DNA from: Bacteroidales bacterium
GTDB taxonomy: Bacteria > Bacteroidota > Bacteroidia > Bacteroidales > JAADJA01
Assembly: GCA_020052415.1 (NCBI GenBank)
Contig: JAGVPB010000094.1
Span: 102,881 to 166,880, forward strand
Direction of reading: 5' to 3'
Length of the DNA stretch: 64,000 nt
The translations under genes and the position numbers were made by a program. Below are positions 37,909 through 46,632 of the stretch, one piece after another (position 1 is the first letter of the stretch; every line of letters starts with the position of its first letter). The notes below the pieces were generated by a model, which did no database searches, was not told where the DNA came from, and saw only the letters and a program-made list of their open reading frames with translations.

Positions 37909-38817
37909 TCAGACTTCAATAACTTTTCCCAGCTCACTCAACGTAATTATCCGGAAATCCCCTTCGATAAATTTTCCGATCTTATATAAGCTGGTGCCAG
38001 CGCCACATTCAATAAACCTGTTTACTTTTAAATTAAGTATCTTTTCCATGGTTTTCATCCAGTTGATCTGGTGGTTCAGATTAGCAGACAATTCACGGAT
38101 AATCTCCTTTTTTTCGGAGAATGTCCTTTGGTCAATACCCGATACAATCCTGTATCCCGAATCCTTTATCACAACTTCCTTTTCAACGAATTCCATGAAA
38201 TTTCGCGAAGCCTCATCCAGCAATGGTGTGTGGTACGGACAGGTCACATTCATGAGTGAAGTGTGCAATGCTCCTTCAAGTCTGGCAAGTTCAAGTACCT
38301 CCTCTATTTCGCTCCTGATACCTGAAATCATATAAGAATAAATACCGTTGGCGTTGGCAATGGTAACGCCTGATTTATTCGACAACAGCTTCAGTATATC
38401 ATTTCTCTCCAGTCCAACAATGCTTCCCATGCCTGTATCGGTGGTGCGCAGGACTCCTTTGATCAGTTCAAAGGCTTTCCTGATAAGATCGAGGCCTCCG
38501 GCAAAGGATATGGAACCACCACAATATAAAGCAGAATACAGTCCCATACTGTAACTGGAAATGTAATCCGGTGTGACCTCCTTACGCTTCAGAATATCAG
38601 ATACCGCACACCCGAAAATATAACTAATATATTGAGCCTCAAGTTCGTGATCCCTGAAATCATTTTCTTTAATATAAAATTTAGTAAGGCTGAAACCGGT
38701 TTTTAAAGATGCCTCCTTGAGCAAATGGTCAATATCGTCTGAATATTGTCGAAGTAATTCGTGTTCATCACCCTTGTATTCCGAAACAAAGGCTGGGAAA
38801 ATAAATCCGGTGAGCAT
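37909..38817 (-). CDS. FabD-like acyltransferase (malonyl-CoA:ACP transacylase family, divergent)
   Basis: The nucleophile elbow SYSMGLYSALYCGG corresponds to GHSLGEYSAL in FabD. Size is 302 aa and the gene lies directly downstream of the ACP gene. Confidence 0.7.
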   Translation of the reverse strand: MLTGFIFPAFVSEYKGDEHELLRQYSDDIDHLLKEASLKTGFSLTKFYIKENDFRDHELEAQYISYIFGCAVSDILKRKEVTPDYISSYSMGLYSALYCGGSISFAGGLDLIRKAFELIKGVLRTTDTGMGSIVGLERNDILKLLSNKSGVTIANANGIYSYMISGIRSEIEEVLELARLEGALHTSLMNVTCPYHTPLLDEASRNFMEFVEKEVVIKDSGYRIVSGIDQRTFSEKKEIIRELSANLNHQINWMKTMEKILNLKVNRFIECGAGTSLYKIGKFIEGDFRIITLSELGKVIEV

Positions 38818-38844
38818 CTTATCGAACTTTGGGGAAACAGTATT

Positions 38845-39150
38845 TTAATTCGTTAAAAGGATGTCATTGCCTTTTTCGATAATGAGCAATTGCATTTGCA
38901 CCAACTCTCCGATGGTTTCAACCGGATGCCTGACGGTGTATTTACCGATGGTTTTCAATTCAATGCCAAGCTTGTATTTCTTTTTGAAAATCTCGATCAA
39001 TTCCAGAAACATTAGTGAATCGCCATCGAGGTCTTTGATAATATTGGTTTGGTCGTTAATCTCATCAATTTCAACTTCACATTCTTCAGCAAAAAAATTA
39101 TATACCACCTCCTTTACTTCCTTCCGTATTTGTTCTGTAATTTCTGTCAT
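38845..39150 (-). CDS. acyl carrier protein
   Basis: DLDGDSLMFLELIEIF contains the DSL phosphopantetheine attachment motif. The start at the internal ATG 39150 (MTEITEQIRKEV) is preferred over 39189. Confidence 0.8.
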   Translation of the reverse strand: MTEITEQIRKEVKEVVYNFFAEECEVEIDEINDQTNIIKDLDGDSLMFLELIEIFKKKYKLGIELKTIGKYTVRHPVETIGELVQMQLLIIEKGNDILLTN

Positions 39151-39241
39151 ACGTCTAACAAATTCTTTTAAAAACAATGAAAACGACACTGCAAAAGTAG
39201 TTAAATTTCCTTACCGGAATTGATGTAATTTTACTGCCGGA

Positions 39242-40651
39242 ATGGACAGGAAATTAAACATAAAGCTGATTTTGTCAGCAGGAGAAGATGATCCGCTTCG
39301 GCTGAGAGATCCTTTTATGCCGGTTTCACTTGCTATACTTGCATCAGTTGCTCCGGAGCATAATTATCATTTCGTTGATATGTTGTGGGAAGATCATGAA
39401 TTTGATTCTCCTGCCGATCTGGTTGGGATAAGCGTGAGAAATTCAGCTGAAAAAACTGCATTTAATTTGGCAGATGAGTACAGGAAGCGAGGATTAATAG
39501 TAATTATGGGTGGGCCGCAGGTTTCTTCCAATCCTTTTGAATCGTTGAAACATGCAAACGCTGTTGCCATCGGGGAAGGTGAAAAGCTCTGGCCGGTGAT
39601 ACTCGAAGACTTTTTAAAAAACGATTTAAGGGATTTTTATGTTTGTTCTCCCGAAAAGTTTGAAGCCAACGGATATCGCATCTTCCGACTTGAAAGTCTG
39701 CCGGATCTTTCGGGATTACCGGTTGCAAAGCGGGAACTCTACCGTAGAAAATACACCTTTGATATGGTTTTTGCTTCGAGGGGTTGTCCGATCAATTGTG
39801 ATTTTTGTTCTGTTTCAGGATTATTTGGTAAAACTTACCGTCTCAGGCCCGAAGAAGAAGTTATTGATGAAATTAAATCCTTCAGTGGTTATTATTACCT
39901 AATTGATGATACAGTTTTTGGCAGGCCATCAACATATAATTATTACCTATCGCTTTATAATAAAATTTCAAAGCTGAATAAAGTCAGATACTGGGTAGGC
40001 CAGGCCAACCTTGACGCCGCATCAGACGAAAGAGGTCAGCAGGTAATCGGAAAGGCAGTGAAAGCAGGTTTGATCTATCTCGCCATGGGCATGGAGTCCT
40101 TAAACCGTGAAGTTTTGAAAAAGAGTGGCAGCATCTCAAAAATGGGTATAAAAAAGGATGAGGATGTTATTGAAAAAATGAAAGCGAACATCCGTTTTAT
40201 TCAGAACCAGGGAATCCTGATTTCAGGTTGGTTTGCCATTGGCTATGAGGATGACAACCCTGAAACCTTCAAACGGACCTATGAATTTTGCCGGGAAATG
40301 AAAATCATGCCTGTGTTTACACCGGTTAAAGCATTTAAGGGAACTGATTTGTACAACCGTCTTTATAGCGAAGGCCGTTTAAGCAATGATGGGATCAATA
40401 TTACCAATGTCCCACATCCACAAATGACAAACGAACAGATACTGCATGCGCTTGAAATGGTAGCTAAAAAGGGATACGGTTTAAAAGAGATCATAAGAAG
40501 GACTGCTTTTTATTGCGGAAAATTAATACGTTGCAGGAATAAACCGCAAGATGTTATCCATAAGACTATTTTTGCACTGATGACACAGATCAGGATGGGA
40601 CAGATAGTGAGAGGGGAAAACAATAGAATGAGAAATAAAATAAGAGTATGA
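39242..40651 (+). CDS. B12-binding-domain radical SAM protein (class B rSAM family), second copy
   Basis: The radical SAM motif is RGCPINCDFCSV (CxxxCxxC). The N-terminal region (PVSLAILASVAPE...VGISV...IVIMGGPQVS) resembles a B12-binding-type domain. Confidence 0.8.
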   Translation: MDRKLNIKLILSAGEDDPLRLRDPFMPVSLAILASVAPEHNYHFVDMLWEDHEFDSPADLVGISVRNSAEKTAFNLADEYRKRGLIVIMGGPQVSSNPFESLKHANAVAIGEGEKLWPVILEDFLKNDLRDFYVCSPEKFEANGYRIFRLESLPDLSGLPVAKRELYRRKYTFDMVFASRGCPINCDFCSVSGLFGKTYRLRPEEEVIDEIKSFSGYYYLIDDTVFGRPSTYNYYLSLYNKISKLNKVRYWVGQANLDAASDERGQQVIGKAVKAGLIYLAMGMESLNREVLKKSGSISKMGIKKDEDVIEKMKANIRFIQNQGILISGWFAIGYEDDNPETFKRTYEFCREMKIMPVFTPVKAFKGTDLYNRLYSEGRLSNDGINITNVPHPQMTNEQILHALEMVAKKGYGLKEIIRRTAFYCGKLIRCRNKPQDVIHKTIFALMTQIRMGQIVRGENNRMRNKIRV

Positions 40652-41058
40652 CTATGTTCGATTTTCGCTTAACGGTCAGGGGCTATGAGTTGGATTCTTA
40701 CGGCCATGTAAATCATGCCGTTTATGTAAATTACCTGGAGCAGGCCCGCTGGGTGATTATCAAGAATGCCGGATTACTTGAAGAGTTTCAAAAGACAGGC
40801 ATTAAGATAGTTGTCGTCAAGTTAAACGTAAGATACATGAGGGAAATCGGTTTGCTGGATGAAATTTTGGTTCAAACGCGGATCAAGAAGGAATCACCTT
40901 ATCTCGTTTTCTATCATTTTATAAAAGAGGCAAATAAAAACCTTCTGATGGCAAGGGCCGTTGTTAAAACCATACTTCTCGGAAAAGAAAAAAAACCGCT
41001 CGATATTCCTGATGAGATGATTCAAAAATTAGAACTTTACCGTCATGGCAATGACTGA
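40648..41058 (+). CDS. hotdog-fold acyl-CoA/ACP thioesterase (4HBT / YbgC-like)
   Basis: VRGYELDSYGHVNHAVYVNYLEQARW is present. The ATGA start overlaps the upstream stop. Confidence 0.8.
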   Translation: MTMFDFRLTVRGYELDSYGHVNHAVYVNYLEQARWVIIKNAGLLEEFQKTGIKIVVVKLNVRYMREIGLLDEILVQTRIKKESPYLVFYHFIKEANKNLLMARAVVKTILLGKEKKPLDIPDEMIQKLELYRHGND

Positions 41059-41800
41059 ACAATACATCCATTGGGAGCAGAAGGAAAGTATCGGTATTCT
41101 TACCCTGAACAATCCGCCTGAAAACTATTTGACCGAACCGGAATTTGTTTCACTGGCGCAGTTAAAGGAATGGCTCAGGGATGATGTCCATGGACTTATC
41201 ATTAACGGAGCCGGAAGGCATTTTTCAGCCGGAGCAGATTTCGATAAAATAAGGAAGCAATCGCTGAATGTATCGGAAATGAAGGATTCGCTGTTGAAAG
41301 GCAATGCTCTTGTAAATTTTATTGCCGATCTTGAGTTGCCTGTAGTGGCCGCCATTTCAGGAATCTGTTTTGGCGGAGGGCTTGAAATCGCACTTGCCTG
41401 CGATATCAGGATTTGTACACAAAGAAGCCTGTTTGCCTTTCCAGAGATCAACCTCAACCTGATCCCTGCATTAGGTGGTTTGAAAAGACTGCAAAACCTT
41501 TGCGGACAAAGGAATGCAATGGAATTACTGATGCGCGGTGATTCGTTGAATGCCCCCCTTGCGCTCGAATTAAAGATCATTGACCAGGTTGTTAAAGGGA
41601 AAGATTGCCGGGATATCGCCATTCAATATTTGAATTCGCTCATACAAGACCGTCCAAAGAAAGTGATTCAAATGCTGATGCGGTCATTCCGCAATGCTGA
41701 AAGGCTTGATTTTGAGGAAGCCCAAAAGAAAGATGTGGAAATGTTTTGCGAGCTTGCCCTTGAGGCATCTTTGTCAGGGAAAAATCAAATGTTCAATTAA
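41045..41800 (+). CDS. enoyl-CoA hydratase/isomerase (crotonase) family protein 1
   Basis: Motifs GAGRHFSAGADFD, CFGGGLEIALACDIRI and FAFPEINLNLIPALGG are present. Confidence 0.85.
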   Translation: MAMTEQYIHWEQKESIGILTLNNPPENYLTEPEFVSLAQLKEWLRDDVHGLIINGAGRHFSAGADFDKIRKQSLNVSEMKDSLLKGNALVNFIADLELPVVAAISGICFGGGLEIALACDIRICTQRSLFAFPEINLNLIPALGGLKRLQNLCGQRNAMELLMRGDSLNAPLALELKIIDQVVKGKDCRDIAIQYLNSLIQDRPKKVIQMLMRSFRNAERLDFEEAQKKDVEMFCELALEASLSGKNQMFN

Positions 41801-41823
41801 TCACTATTCAATACCTGATTATT

Positions 41824-42543
41824 TTGGAAAAGTCATCAAGCATAACATCATACAATACGCTCCAATGGATTGAAGAAAATAAAACCGGCTATTTAATTCC
41901 TGACCGGCCACCGGCCAATGCTATGACTGCTGCTTTTTTTGCAGAACTAAATGATTTGAGGATAAATAAAATTTCAGGATCAGAAGTAAAAGCAATCATC
42001 ATTTATGGGAGAGGGAGACATTTTTCATCGGGAGCCGCCTTGGACGAACTGTACGATATGGTTCTGAAAGAAACAATCATAAATACCGAAGGGAAAATCA
42101 TCCGCTATCCCGATTCGATGAAAAATAACCTCGATGCCCTGCAATTTTTTAATAAGTTAAACATCCCGGTAATTGCAGCTATCAACGGTGTTTGTCTTGG
42201 CTCCGGCCTTGAACTTGCATTGCATTGCCATTTCAGGATTTCTGTTCCTAATGCTGTGCTTGGGCTTCCCGAATCTTCATACAACCTCATGCCCGGACTT
42301 GGCGGTGTTCAGCAATTGCTGGCTAACAGAATATCAAAGATGAATGCAATGGATATTATTTTTAAGGGAAATAGTTTCAGTGCAACAGAAGGATTGAATA
42401 TTGGCATCATTGACAGGATAGTCCCGAAAAACAAACTGATGGAAGCGGCGACTTTGCTTGCGGAAATCTCAGCCAATGATTACAGAAAGTATCTAAAACC
42501 AGATTATTTACATAGGTTTGATGAGCAATTCACAGAAAATTAA
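41824..42543 (+). CDS. enoyl-CoA hydratase/isomerase (crotonase) family protein 2
   Basis: Motifs GRGRHFSSGAALDE, CLGSGLELALHCHFRI and LGLPESSYNLMPGLGG are present. The start is TTG. Confidence 0.8.
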   Translation: MEKSSSITSYNTLQWIEENKTGYLIPDRPPANAMTAAFFAELNDLRINKISGSEVKAIIIYGRGRHFSSGAALDELYDMVLKETIINTEGKIIRYPDSMKNNLDALQFFNKLNIPVIAAINGVCLGSGLELALHCHFRISVPNAVLGLPESSYNLMPGLGGVQQLLANRISKMNAMDIIFKGNSFSATEGLNIGIIDRIVPKNKLMEAATLLAEISANDYRKYLKPDYLHRFDEQFTEN

Positions 42544-42552
42544 TCTGCAAAC

Positions 42553-43701
42553 ATGGTGAACGAAGTTGAAACAGGGATCAGGGTAAAAGTTTCCGGGACA
42601 GGTTCTTATCTTCCGGGAAAGGCGATCACGATTGACGAGGTTGATCATTACCTGGGAAAGCTCGATCATGCTCCTCTGAAGATAAGGAAATGGCTCGAAA
42701 GGATGAAGGAATTGATGAAGGAAATACTTGAAGTAGAGCATTATTATTTTGCAATTGATCCTGTTACCCGGCAGTTCACTGAAGACAATATTTCGATGTC
42801 AGTGAAGGCGGCGAAGCTTGCATTGGATTCTGCCGGTCTCAAAAGCGGTGATATTGACCTCATTGTTTACGGGAGCGCGCACCAGGATCAAATGCCCACG
42901 GCATCGGTTCGAATACAGGAAGCACTTGGAATTGAAAAATGCGGTGAGCTTTCTATTCATGCCAATTGTACATCCGCTTATAAAGCCCTTCTGACTGCCT
43001 TTGATATGCTTCGTCTTGGCCGGTATAAACGTGCATTGGTTTTGTCATCAGGCATGTCGTCATCCGAACTGAGGGCCGAATATTACAACCAGCCATTGAT
43101 AAAAAAAGAGGAAGTATTTCTCCGGTACTTTTTGAGTGATGGCGCCGGTGCCCTGGTTCTTGAGGCCAATCCTGAAAACAGGGAAGGATTGTTTATCGAA
43201 AATGTGATGATGGAATCGGTCGGTGGTAAAAAACCGGCAGCCATGCTCAACCGCCGTCCTGCCTACTGGATGAATCCCAGGGATGAATTTGAAGGGGGTT
43301 ATCACCACCTGTCGCAAATGTTCAACGAACAGCTCCGGCTGCATTTTTTTAATGATGATGGCTCTGTGTTTTACAAAGGACTGAAGAAAATGATTGATGC
43401 TTACAACATTCAGGTTGAGAAAATCAGGTTCTTCCAGGTTAACTTTCCTTCGAAGCATATTTCGGAGCTGGTGATGGAGGAGTGTGAACTTCTTAGAATA
43501 CCCAAAAGCAAACTTTACTCAAAAATGAGCACCATGGGGTACCTCGGGCCGCCAATGGTTTTTGTTTGCCTCGACCGAATCCTGAAGGAAGAAAAACTCG
43601 AAGGAAACGATATAATACTTAGCTTTGTTACAGAAGTCAGCAAATTTATGCAGGCCGGATTCACGCTACAGTGGCATACTGCCGAACTTACAGGGGCATG
43701 A
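42553..43701 (+). CDS. KASIII (FabH)-like thiolase-fold protein; Cys retained, His/Asn positions apparently substituted
   Basis: The active-site Cys context is HANCTSAYKAL. By hand alignment to E. coli FabH, HQAN corresponds to FQVN and HGNTSAAS corresponds to MGYLGPPM. Confidence 0.7.
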   Translation: MVNEVETGIRVKVSGTGSYLPGKAITIDEVDHYLGKLDHAPLKIRKWLERMKELMKEILEVEHYYFAIDPVTRQFTEDNISMSVKAAKLALDSAGLKSGDIDLIVYGSAHQDQMPTASVRIQEALGIEKCGELSIHANCTSAYKALLTAFDMLRLGRYKRALVLSSGMSSSELRAEYYNQPLIKKEEVFLRYFLSDGAGALVLEANPENREGLFIENVMMESVGGKKPAAMLNRRPAYWMNPRDEFEGGYHHLSQMFNEQLRLHFFNDDGSVFYKGLKKMIDAYNIQVEKIRFFQVNFPSKHISELVMEECELLRIPKSKLYSKMSTMGYLGPPMVFVCLDRILKEEKLEGNDIILSFVTEVSKFMQAGFTLQWHTAELTGA

Positions 43702-44723
43702 TAAACAGGATCGGGATCATCGGTTGCGGTAAAATGGGAACAGATTTATTTAACTTTCTGAACAACTTTCCTTTTTGCATTACCATGATCGGCAAATATC
43801 CTGAAAGTGTTGGCAATATTAAAAAAGCCTGGCTTCGAAAGCTGAACAGGTCACTTGTTTTAGGAATAACAGATGAAGATTCCCTGAAAGAGAAGGCCAA
43901 ACAGGTAAAATTCAGCTTTGATTTGAATGATCTTTCAGAAACCGACCTCGTGATTGAAAGCATAACAGAGGACCAAAAGTTAAAATCGGAATTATTTAAG
44001 GAACTTGATCATATCCTCCCGCCTGAAACAATTTTTACAACCAATACTTCCTCTATTCCGTTATCCATGCTTGTACCATCGGTCAGAAGAAGTGCGGTAT
44101 TTCTCGGATTACATTTCTTTTATCCGGTGGCCATGAAAAACATTGTTGAGATAAATACAACAGGCAACGTGAATCAACACACGCTTAACTTAGTTACTGA
44201 ATTCTTGAATAAAACCGACAGGTTCTTTATTGCCCTTACCAAAGAAAACCATTTTCTGACCAACCGCCTTTTCCTCAAGTTGCAGGCTGGTGCTTTTAAT
44301 ATTCACAAAGAGGAAAATACTTCCATTGAATGGCTGGATAAACTGGTAAGTGAAACTCTTTTCCCGGCCGGGATTTTTCGTTTCTTCGATCAGGTTGGCA
44401 ACGATATCATGTACACATCGGTTAAAAATTATATTGCAAATTATCCCGACCGTAGTTTTTATGAACCCTTGTTGGCCGCGCTGAAAGAAAAGACAGATCA
44501 AAACTTCCTGGGTGTGAAATCCGGGAAAGGATTCTACGATTATACCGGCCACACAGGCACGTCGGCATCCCTTGTTTTATCGGATATATCAGCCGGAAAG
44601 CAAAAGGAGATCAGCCAAAAACTTTTAAATTATTATCTAGAACCTATCGAAAATGCACTTCTGCAGAAAATCTGTTCCCGAAGTGAAATGGAACACATTG
44701 TAAAAGAATATACCGGTTTTTAA
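43698..44723 (+). CDS. 3-hydroxyacyl-CoA dehydrogenase family protein (NAD-binding)
   Basis: IGIIGCGKMGTD is the Rossmann motif and HFFYPVAMKNIVEI is the HADH catalytic His context. The start at ATG 43698 forms an ATGA overlap with the upstream stop. Confidence 0.8.
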   Translation: MINRIGIIGCGKMGTDLFNFLNNFPFCITMIGKYPESVGNIKKAWLRKLNRSLVLGITDEDSLKEKAKQVKFSFDLNDLSETDLVIESITEDQKLKSELFKELDHILPPETIFTTNTSSIPLSMLVPSVRRSAVFLGLHFFYPVAMKNIVEINTTGNVNQHTLNLVTEFLNKTDRFFIALTKENHFLTNRLFLKLQAGAFNIHKEENTSIEWLDKLVSETLFPAGIFRFFDQVGNDIMYTSVKNYIANYPDRSFYEPLLAALKEKTDQNFLGVKSGKGFYDYTGHTGTSASLVLSDISAGKQKEISQKLLNYYLEPIENALLQKICSRSEMEHIVKEYTGF

Positions 44724-44813
44724 AATTATTTATAATATTGCGGCCTGATTTACTTTTAAAAGAAACAAATTACCGGATTGACTGTTAATCCTGCTTTCGA
44801 ATCTGCTGACTGA

Positions 44814-46034
44814 ATGAACAACAAAGTACTGATCACCGGCCTCAATGTTATTTCCTCTCTCGGGCTTAATTTGCAAAGCAACTGGGAGAATGTACTCAGG
44901 GGTAAAAGCGGGATTAAAAGAATTACCCTCTTCGACCCTTCCGGTTTACAGACTCAGATCGCGGCGCAGGTGCCGGATGAATTTGAAGAATATGCCGCCC
45001 GTAAGGTCAGGAAAAGGCTTGCCCGCCAGATGACCCGTGTAACAAAGATGTGTTACCTGTGCGCTCTCGATGCCGTCGAAAACAGCGGGATTAACTTTGA
45101 GAATTTCGATAAATCACGATGTGCAGTCATACTTGGTGTTGTCAATACCGGCAATTCGAGTGTGGAAAAGGATACCGACGCCAAGAACCGCATCATCAAA
45201 GGCATGAACAACGCCATGTCGGCATGGATTTCTATAGAATATGGGCTTACCGGCCCGAATTACACGGTGGCTACCGCCTGTTCAAGTTCCGCTTATGCCA
45301 TTGGCCTGGGCTATGACCTGATCAAGAGCGGACAGGCAGATATAGTGATCACCGGCGGCGCCGATTCCATCATCAATCCTGAAGAAATCTCAGGATTTAA
45401 TGAGCTTTTTGCCTTGTCAATCGAAAATGATCCTCCCGAAAAAGCAAGCAAGCCTTTCTCGAAAAACCGCGATGGATTTGTGATCGGTGAAGGAGCCGGA
45501 ATCATGATCCTCGAATCGGAAGTTTCAGCAAAAGCAAGACATGCTCAAGTTTATGCGGAAGTCGCCGGATATTCATTCACCAATGAGGCTTATAGCATCA
45601 TGGCTCCCATGAAAGACGGCGAAGGCATGGCCCATACAATAGAACTCGCGATTAAGAATTCCGGCATAAATAAAGCGGAAGTGGATTATATCAATGCTCA
45701 TGGCACAGCCACTACATTGAACGACAAGTATGAGACTTTGGCCATTAAAAAAGTTTTTGGCGACAGGGCTTACCATATTCCCGTTTCGTCAAGCAAATCC
45801 ATGATCGGCCATACGGTTGGCGCTGCCGGCGTCATAGAGGGAGCGATATCAGTTTTAAGCGTTCTTTACAATAAGCTGCCTCCTACCATCAATCTGGATG
45901 AACCTGACCCCGAACTCGATCTCGATTATGTCCCCAACCATTCCCGTGACCAGAATGTCAGGGTTGCTTTGTCCAATTCCTTTGCTTTTGGAGGGCATAA
46001 TGTGACGCTGGTGTTCAGGAAGGGAAAGGAATAG
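44814..46034 (+). CDS. beta-ketoacyl-ACP synthase II-like (FabF-type KS) with intact Cys-His-His triad
   Basis: The triad contexts are ATACSSSAYAIG (Cys), INAHGTATTLND (His) and SKSMIGHTVGAAG (His). Confidence 0.85.
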   Translation: MNNKVLITGLNVISSLGLNLQSNWENVLRGKSGIKRITLFDPSGLQTQIAAQVPDEFEEYAARKVRKRLARQMTRVTKMCYLCALDAVENSGINFENFDKSRCAVILGVVNTGNSSVEKDTDAKNRIIKGMNNAMSAWISIEYGLTGPNYTVATACSSSAYAIGLGYDLIKSGQADIVITGGADSIINPEEISGFNELFALSIENDPPEKASKPFSKNRDGFVIGEGAGIMILESEVSAKARHAQVYAEVAGYSFTNEAYSIMAPMKDGEGMAHTIELAIKNSGINKAEVDYINAHGTATTLNDKYETLAIKKVFGDRAYHIPVSSSKSMIGHTVGAAGVIEGAISVLSVLYNKLPPTINLDEPDPELDLDYVPNHSRDQNVRVALSNSFAFGGHNVTLVFRKGKE

Positions 46035-46133
46035 GATAGTTCTGAGTTCTGAGTTCAAAGTACGAAGCTTTCCCCTTTTGAAGGGGGCAGGGGGATGAAA
46101 AATAAATATTAATGCATAAAAAAATTAACTAAC

Positions 46134-46547
46134 ATGAAAAGAAAAGCAACTGCGGTTTGGCTGGGATCCGGAAAGGAAGGCAAAGGCCAACTATCAACAC
46201 AAAGCGGTGTTTTAAAACAAGTTCAGTACTCCTACACCTCACGTTTTGAAGAAGGAATCGGAACAAATCCTGAAGAGCTTGTTGCTGCAGCCCATGCCGG
46301 TTGTTTTACAATGAAGCTGAGCTTCAACCTCACTGATGTTGGATTTATCCCTGACCGGCTTGAAACCGGTTGTGAAATAACCTTTGAAGGCGGAATAATA
46401 ACAAGCTCGCATTTGGAGGTGAAGGCTCGGGTAAAGGGCATAACAGAAGAAAAATTTGAAACGGCAGTGAAGGATGCAGAAAAGAACTGCCCTGTCTCAA
46501 AACTGCTCAACACAAAAATTTCCGTTTCCTATAAGCTGAATCAATAG
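46134..46547 (+). CDS. OsmC family peroxiredoxin
   Basis: The 137-aa protein has NPEELVAAAHAGCFTMKL and EKNCPVSK, the two conserved Cys contexts of OsmC. Confidence 0.8.
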   Translation: MKRKATAVWLGSGKEGKGQLSTQSGVLKQVQYSYTSRFEEGIGTNPEELVAAAHAGCFTMKLSFNLTDVGFIPDRLETGCEITFEGGIITSSHLEVKARVKGITEEKFETAVKDAEKNCPVSKLLNTKISVSYKLNQ

Positions 46548-46632
46548 AAAACAGGCATCCGGAATTAGTAAAAAGGTGGAATTACACAACCATTGTGGGT
46601 AAGCGAAATGATAAAAAACTATTGGAAATGAT

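Noticed and set aside
37811-38335. 174-aa plus-strand ORF overlapping the FabD-like acyltransferase gene
   Set aside because: It is entirely antisense to a well-supported CDS. Its Ser/Phe/Ile-rich low-complexity translation has no recognisable motifs, and it begins in the repeat-rich intergenic region. It is most likely a shadow ORF.
41125-41622. 165-aa minus-strand ORF inside the first crotonase gene
   Set aside because: It is antisense to a CDS with clear crotonase motifs, has no motifs of its own, and is typical of GC-richer regions producing long antisense ORFs. The same reasoning applies to 43060-43458, 44190-44552 and 21506-21892.
46072-46086. Small hairpin CCCCTT-TTG-AAGGGG after the KS gene, considered as a rho-independent terminator
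   Set aside because: The stem is short (6 bp) and no T-run follows on either strand. It is noted only as part of the heptad-repeat finding and is not called as a terminator.
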